This document shows, in pieces, positions 27,340 to 32,000 of a DNA stretch of 32,000 bases (positions are counted from its first letter, which is position 1; each line of letters starts with the position of its first letter). Under the pieces are notes generated by a model that was not told the DNA's origin, did no database searches, and saw only the letters and a list, made by a program, of their open reading frames with translations. This DNA comes from Halomicronema hongdechloris C2206. Its GTDB lineage: Bacteria; Cyanobacteriota; Cyanobacteriia; Phormidesmidales; Phormidesmidaceae. The position numbers were made by a program, and so were the translations under genes. The stretch spans positions 1,920,001-1,952,000 of the forward strand of contig NZ_CP021983.2 in assembly GCF_002075285.3 (NCBI RefSeq), written 5' to 3'.

Positions 27340-29220
27340 ATGCCTGCTTTCACTTCTCTAGATGAAATCAACCGTGCTATTCAAACTCACAACCCCTTCG
27401 ATCGACATTTTGTGGTCAAGACCCAGCAGATCTGGGCCAATGAACTTCCTGATATTCCTTCTATCAATAGTCATGCCTCTAAAGCTATTTTAGACGCAGC
27501 TAAGAAAATCGAGGAAAGTAGAATTGCTACCCTAGGTATTGCCCTGCTTGCTCCAAAGGGAAGGGGTAAAACCCATATCCTGAGCCGAATCCGTCATCGC
27601 TTACAGGAGCAGGGCAACGGCGTATTTGTGTATTTGAGTGAGTACGGTAACCTCAGTTCAATTAAACATCAGTTTCTACAGGGCCTCGTACTGAGCCTGA
27701 GAAAACCTGGTAGCCAAGAAGTCATGCAATGCCAAGAGGTTGTTACGGCCTTATTGAACCATGCGCTAGAGAAGGACTTCACGCCTCATCACCTGATTGC
27801 CCAATTTCCTAGAGCCGTGGCTAAGAATCCTCAGCTTATTGAAAAAATCATTGCCAAAGTGTTCCAGCTAAACCTTGGCGTTGAAGATCCTTATATCATT
27901 AGAGCTTTACTTTGGACTTTATCGGCTGTTCATGCTCCCTATGCGCTCAACTGGCTGGCCGGCAAGGAAATTACAGAATCTCAAGCTAATAGATTAGGAC
28001 TCCCTGAAGTTAGCGAAAGGGATCAGGAAATTTATGCGTTTAGTAGCGCGATGCAACTCTTAAATCTGATTAGCCACTACAAAACACCGATTATTTGCTT
28101 TGATGAATTAGATGGTGCTGAATGCGGTGATGAAGATGTCGTAGACGTGAGTGGATTCACAAGAGCTATGGTTGTTGCCAGCCTTGGCAAAGATATCTAC
28201 AACAGCTTAAGATGTGGGATCTTGGTGACCACTATGTATCCTCAAACTTGGCAAACAGAAGTCAAAATATTGCCTCAAAATGAGGCTATCGAGGATAGAA
28301 TAGCCGAGCAAAAAATCGAGCTTAGACCACTCAATGAAGATACTACGGTTGAGCTAGTAAAGTGCTGGCTTCAGCGATTCTACCAACAACACGATTTGGA
28401 GCCCCCCCATGAGCTTTATCCTTTCGATGAAAGCGAACTCAGAGATATTGGTAGAGGAAAACCTACTGTTCGTGAATTTCTCAAGCTATGTGCGGAGAGG
28501 TTTTCAGTTGTGCCTATTGATTCGGTAGAGGAAGTTAGCCGAGTTTATGACGAGATTGAGTCAAGCTTGGAAGACATACTTGACGATAATCAAAAGATTG
28601 CCAATGCACTCGCCTTTGCCTTTACTCGACTCAGTGGTCAAACCCTTGAAGGTGTCACTATTGAATCGGTAGATAGAGAGGTTGCCCCGAAGTATAAAAG
28701 CAGTGGATATATGCAGTTTCGCATTATCGGTCGTGAAAATGGCAATGAGGTAAAAATTGGAGTTGGAGTCTTGCAGAACTCTCATGGGAAAAGTGTAGGA
28801 GCAGGTATAAAGCGTTTGACTTGGTATAGAGACTTTGATTTAACACGGGGGTGTCTGGTGCGCTCTAAGACAATTGCCCCGCACTGGCGCACTGCCAATG
28901 ACTGTCTGAGAAGATTAACTCAAGAGCTGGGTGGAGAATGGGCAGGCTTTCAGCCAGAAGAGATGAGGCCACTGATTGCACTTCGAGAGGTTGCCAGATC
29001 GCTTGAGGATTATGATTTAAGCCAAGATGCATTTGAAAAATTCCTCAATCAACGCAAAGATCTAATTCTGGAGAATCTCTTGATTCGCGAGATTTTAAGC
29101 GACCCATCTGGCGAGGCTCCAGTCGAAGTTACCGACGAGGATGAAGAGTTTGAGCGTGCCATCGCCGAGGCAGCTGAATCAGATGATGATGTTGCTGAAG
29201 AACTCTTGCTAGCCAGTTAA
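27340..29220 (+). CDS. Island gene 2: P-loop NTPase (AAA+/STAND-like) with an acidic C-terminal tail
   Basis: Walker A is APKGRGKT (nt 27550-27573). Walker B is IICFDELD (nt 28090-28113). A lid-like segment IELRPLNEDTTVELVKCWL follows, then a ~290-aa C-terminal region ending in DEDEEFERAIAEAAESDDDVAEE. Confidence 0.8.
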   Translation: MPAFTSLDEINRAIQTHNPFDRHFVVKTQQIWANELPDIPSINSHASKAILDAAKKIEESRIATLGIALLAPKGRGKTHILSRIRHRLQEQGNGVFVYLSEYGNLSSIKHQFLQGLVLSLRKPGSQEVMQCQEVVTALLNHALEKDFTPHHLIAQFPRAVAKNPQLIEKIIAKVFQLNLGVEDPYIIRALLWTLSAVHAPYALNWLAGKEITESQANRLGLPEVSERDQEIYAFSSAMQLLNLISHYKTPIICFDELDGAECGDEDVVDVSGFTRAMVVASLGKDIYNSLRCGILVTTMYPQTWQTEVKILPQNEAIEDRIAEQKIELRPLNEDTTVELVKCWLQRFYQQHDLEPPHELYPFDESELRDIGRGKPTVREFLKLCAERFSVVPIDSVEEVSRVYDEIESSLEDILDDNQKIANALAFAFTRLSGQTLEGVTIESVDREVAPKYKSSGYMQFRIIGRENGNEVKIGVGVLQNSHGKSVGAGIKRLTWYRDFDLTRGCLVRSKTIAPHWRTANDCLRRLTQELGGEWAGFQPEEMRPLIALREVARSLEDYDLSQDAFEKFLNQRKDLILENLLIREILSDPSGEAPVEVTDEDEEFERAIAEAAESDDDVAEELLLAS

Positions 29221-29227
29221 ACCGGCA

Positions 29228-30691
29228 ATGAGTGATACCTTTCTAGTTTCTACAGCTCTTTGTGTGCCTGTTCTCGATCTGGAAGCCTTAATGCAGGGAC
29301 GCACAGTTGTCGCCATGTCCAAGGCATTTCGATGTGCGCCTTATTTCTTGCTGTGTCCAGTTGAACTTCCAGAGCTAAATTCCCATGCCAAGCAGCTTTA
29401 TCGATCAGGCTTTCTCTCAAGCGTGCCTCTACAGCAGCCTGTAATAGGTGGTCAAACACCACCTATTACAGCTTGGGCAAAATTTGAAGACTGCAAAATC
29501 TACAGCGAGGTTGAAGAACTGCGGGCACTCTCTCGTCTGACTGTTTGGACCACCGAAGGACTACAGGCTATTATAACTGAAAGAAATAGAATATTTCTAG
29601 CGTCTCTGCGAGTCTTCCAACTGCATCAACCAATTGAGACTAGGGAAGCTTGGGTCAGTCCAGATAAGGCGGGTCGATTCATTCAATTACCGAATCATTT
29701 CCCAGTCGATGATACTTTGCCAGTTCTAAGCGATCAAAAATTTGCTCGTCAACATCAACGTTTAGAGCAATTCGCCCCACCACCTCATCCAGAATTAGAA
29801 AAGTTAGAGGCTGCCTTCGCCTTCCGTTCGCAGTCATCTCTTACCGATGAAGTGCTAAGGTACGAAACTAGAAATCTTTTAGGCTGGCACAGCCATAGAC
29901 CTGCTACTCCAATCGATCCCAATCTGGACTGGATTCACAAGGTAGCAGCTCTAGGCAACCGCAGCATGGAGGAAGATGAAGGTAAGAGCAACTATCAGGC
30001 CGGTGCGGATTTCGAAATTGCTGTGCGAGATAGCCTGCAATATTTAGGCTTCAAAATTGAACTTTCTCACAGAGGGGGCGCAGGTGGTTTAGACTTAGCC
30101 TGTTCCGAACCTTACGCTCTTATTGGTGAGTGCAAGTCTGGCAAGAGAATTCCCAACGACACCGCTGTTCAGCTTCTCAATCTCGGTACCTTAAGACTAA
30201 CTGATAAAGAAACCTATAGGACTGCTGCTAAGTTAATTATTGGCCCTGGTGAACCCACATCTCAGCTAGAAAAAGCTGCAAAGGTACACGGTATGGCAAT
30301 CATCAATCCGACAACTCTCGAAAATCTAGTACAACTTCATCACCAGCATCCAGGCTCCATTGATCTCTTGCAACTGAAAGAGTACCTAGCCGATGGTCGC
30401 GCCGATGACGAGGTTGACAAGTATATTCAAAAAGTGAAAGCGCAGCTAGCATTACGCGCTTACATTGTTGACCAGATTCGACATTATTTGGAAGATGCTA
30501 AAGCAGATGATGCCAATGTCGATTCCCTCCATGCCGTATATGTCGTCTCGAAGCGCGCTCCCTCTCTAAGTCGAGAAGAGTTCCATGAAATTTTGATCGA
30601 GTTGTCTTCGCCGCTAGCAGGCTATCTTGGGCGCAGAAAAGACTCAGATGGCAAAGATCATTTTTATTTCCTGCGAGAGCTTCATGTCTAG
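29228..30691 (+). CDS. Island gene 3: PD-(D/E)xK (Mrr-like restriction endonuclease fold) nuclease with unknown N- and C-terminal domains
   Basis: The core is GADFEIAVRDSLQYLGFKIELSHRGGAGGLDLACSEPYALIGECKSGK. It matches the Mrr-cat pattern FE...G-[FY]......GGxD...(hydrophobic)x-E/Q-C-K. D289 is at nt 30092-30094, E301 at 30128-30130 and K303 at 30134-30136. The start is 7 nt after the gene 2 stop. Confidence 0.75.
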   Translation: MSDTFLVSTALCVPVLDLEALMQGRTVVAMSKAFRCAPYFLLCPVELPELNSHAKQLYRSGFLSSVPLQQPVIGGQTPPITAWAKFEDCKIYSEVEELRALSRLTVWTTEGLQAIITERNRIFLASLRVFQLHQPIETREAWVSPDKAGRFIQLPNHFPVDDTLPVLSDQKFARQHQRLEQFAPPPHPELEKLEAAFAFRSQSSLTDEVLRYETRNLLGWHSHRPATPIDPNLDWIHKVAALGNRSMEEDEGKSNYQAGADFEIAVRDSLQYLGFKIELSHRGGAGGLDLACSEPYALIGECKSGKRIPNDTAVQLLNLGTLRLTDKETYRTAAKLIIGPGEPTSQLEKAAKVHGMAIINPTTLENLVQLHHQHPGSIDLLQLKEYLADGRADDEVDKYIQKVKAQLALRAYIVDQIRHYLEDAKADDANVDSLHAVYVVSKRAPSLSREEFHEILIELSSPLAGYLGRRKDSDGKDHFYFLRELHV

Positions 30692-31112
30692 TGAAACCTC
30701 ATCCATGATCACGGTTGCCATGACCAAAGGGCTAGGGTTGCTTCATTGGGTGAAGTGGCTGTCTCTGGTTTTTCTGGGGTTAATCATTGCAGGGCTGCTG
30801 GTCAAGGAGCGGGCCAATGTGGGGAGTTTCTTTTTGCAGGTGGGGTGGATGATGTTGGCGTTGATGGTGCTCACCATGGCGTTGGGATATACGATCGCAA
30901 CCCTGGCAAGCCTAGATAATCGCAGCGCGACGGCGATTACCATCGAAGTGGGCATCCACAATGGAACCTTAGCCATTGCGATCGCAAGTGCACCTGCCTT
31001 CCTCAACACACCAGCGATGGCGATTCCTGCCGCGATTTACTCGCTGCTGATGTTTGCCGTCAGTGGGGCATTTGCCTGGTGGGCTCAGCGGCAAGCGACC
31101 ATAAGCACCTAG
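30684..31112 (+). CDS. Bile acid:Na+ symporter (BASS) family protein, C-terminal ~140 aa only; likely a 5'-truncated remnant
   Basis: TIEVGIHNGTLAIAIASAPAF resembles the conserved EVGMQNSGLAAALA helix near the C-terminus of ~300-aa BASS transporters. Only about 4 TM helices are present. The first in-frame ATGs (30684, 30705) lie at the island edge. The ORF-track start at 30627 is inside island gene 3. Confidence 0.5.
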   Translation: MSSETSSMITVAMTKGLGLLHWVKWLSLVFLGLIIAGLLVKERANVGSFFLQVGWMMLALMVLTMALGYTIATLASLDNRSATAITIEVGIHNGTLAIAIASAPAFLNTPAMAIPAAIYSLLMFAVSGAFAWWAQRQATIST

Positions 31113-31353
31113 ACAATAGCATTGGCCAATCAACTGAGGACATGACCGATCGGTTCATGGTGCAGTCCAAGGGGTTCGAACAAAACAGCACCGCCGCCGC
31201 GCCGCATGCACTAAGAGCTGAGCTACTAGCTAGGGCCAAGTTCGGGAGCCGTTGAGGATGCGGACTGCATCCCAACAGTTAACTGCTCAGCAGGCTGTGT
31301 GCATGGGCATTGTTGGGCGGTAAATCACCTAAGGTCGCAAACTTCCCACAAAA

Positions 31354-32000
31354 TCATGATTTTGTTGCTGTAATGATGTGAACTGGTACTCGAAACTCTA
31401 CTGCGCCGCTATCAGTCTGAAACGCCTCCAGCACAGTTTCAGCCTCTTCGACAACGGCTTCAATTGTATCCTCGTTTAGATGGATGCCCGCAAACGGGAA
31501 CCATCCCTTCACGTCCGCAAGCACCATATTCCTAACGCTTGAAAAGCGAGCCATGCCCTCCTCCATTCTGATTGCCGCGGAAGTAATCCCTGCACTAGCG
31601 AACACCGATGCAAGTGTGTCCGGATCACCCATCGAGAAGGGCATACGAAGCGCATCGCCTACCGCCTTACCGACCTGGTGCTCGTAAACATTAGCGATAG
31701 CACCATAGGCGGGCAAATCTTCCAGAGAGCCAAACACCGCTACTGCCAAATGACCACCGGGCTTTAGTACGCGCCTCATTTCTTGTAGGGCGATTATGGG
31801 GGCTGCAAAGAGCATCAACCCGAACTGGCTAAGGACGGCATCAAAGCTGTCGTTTGCATAAAGCAACGATTCAGCGTCTCCTTCACGCCACTCAACCGCT
31901 GGGGCGATGCGGTTCGCGACGGCTAGCATACCCGGATTAACATCCACCCCCGACACCGATCCATTACGACCAACCCGCTCGGCAACGACTCGTGCCAGCA
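31354..32000 (-). CDS. Class I SAM-dependent methyltransferase; the N-terminus lies outside the window
   Basis: The frame stays open to the window end (..LARVVAERVGRNGSVSGVDVNPGML). FDAVLSQFGLM and RVLKPGGHLAVAVF are Methyltransf_11-type motifs. Confidence 0.8.
   Translation of the reverse strand, partial: LARVVAERVGRNGSVSGVDVNPGMLAVANRIAPAVEWREGDAESLLYANDSFDAVLSQFGLMLFAAPIIALQEMRRVLKPGGHLAVAVFGSLEDLPAYGAIANVYEHQVGKAVGDALRMPFSMGDPDTLASVFASAGITSAAIRMEEGMARFSSVRNMVLADVKGWFPFAGIHLNEDTIEAVVEEAETVLEAFQTDSGAVEFRVPVHIITATKS

Larger units (their letters stand above)
26300..30700 (+). other. Low-GC, HIP1-free genomic island carrying a three-gene operon (candidate defence cassette)
   Basis: Spot GC counts of 60-nt lines are 33-35% at 26341-26460 and 40-45% inside the genes. 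They are 63% at 26221-26280 and 52-53% after 30721. All three genes are co-oriented with 59-nt and 7-nt gaps. Boundaries are approximate. Confidence 0.75.

Noticed and set aside
26300-30700. Interpreting the island as a Tn7-like or CAST element (PD-(D/E)xK TnsA-like nuclease, AAA+ TnsC-like ATPase, wHTH TniQ-like protein).
   Set aside because: There is no DDE transposase (TnsB) and no terminal inverted repeats or TnsB-binding repeats. The gene order does not match, and the nuclease core looks Mrr-like rather than TnsA-like. A search could still revisit this.
31173-31180. A GGTTCGAA T-loop-like motif suggesting a tRNA or tRNA-derived attachment site near the island.
   Set aside because: The flanking bases (aaggg / caaaa) cannot form a T-stem, and no acceptor or anticodon arm can be drawn. 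It also lies 470 nt beyond the island edge.

Overview
This is a cyanobacterial chromosomal segment. The evidence is 14 HIP1 palindromes (GCGATCGC), btpA, a VKOR-thioredoxin fusion, an Omp85-lpxC-fabZ-lpxA-lpxB cluster and a rimO-crhR pair. Most of the window is ordinary housekeeping or signalling DNA. A + strand block (1-11.3 kb) carries an adenylate cyclase 3' end, purC, the Omp85/lipid A cluster, exbB-exbD, a PLP decarboxylase and cbiT. A - strand block (11.4-21.6 kb) carries a 1110-aa SBP-PAS-GGDEF-EAL protein, a DMT transporter, hisA, a PAO-type Rieske oxygenase, an interrupted Tat-signal FAD oxidoreductase with an inserted Rieske domain, VKOR-Trx and btpA. A second + strand block follows with rimO, a DEAD-box helicase and small ORFs, plus a - strand secreted repeat protein. 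The clear outlier is a ~4.4 kb island at ~26.3-30.7 kb. Spot counts of single 60-nt lines give 33-45% GC there against ~52-65% in spot-counted flanking lines. The island has no HIP1 site and carries three tightly packed co-oriented genes: a predicted double winged-helix protein, a 626-aa P-loop NTPase with Walker A and B motifs, and a 487-aa protein with an Mrr-like PD-(D/E)xK nuclease core. I do not recognise this trio as any named defence system, and I consider it the best candidate for an undescribed system, most likely anti-phage or anti-plasmid. No integrase, tRNA or terminal repeats are visible. The island abuts what looks like the 3' half of a bile-acid:Na+ symporter family gene. No rRNA, tRNA or CRISPR array was found. 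All functional calls come from reading motifs in the supplied translations. No database search was possible.
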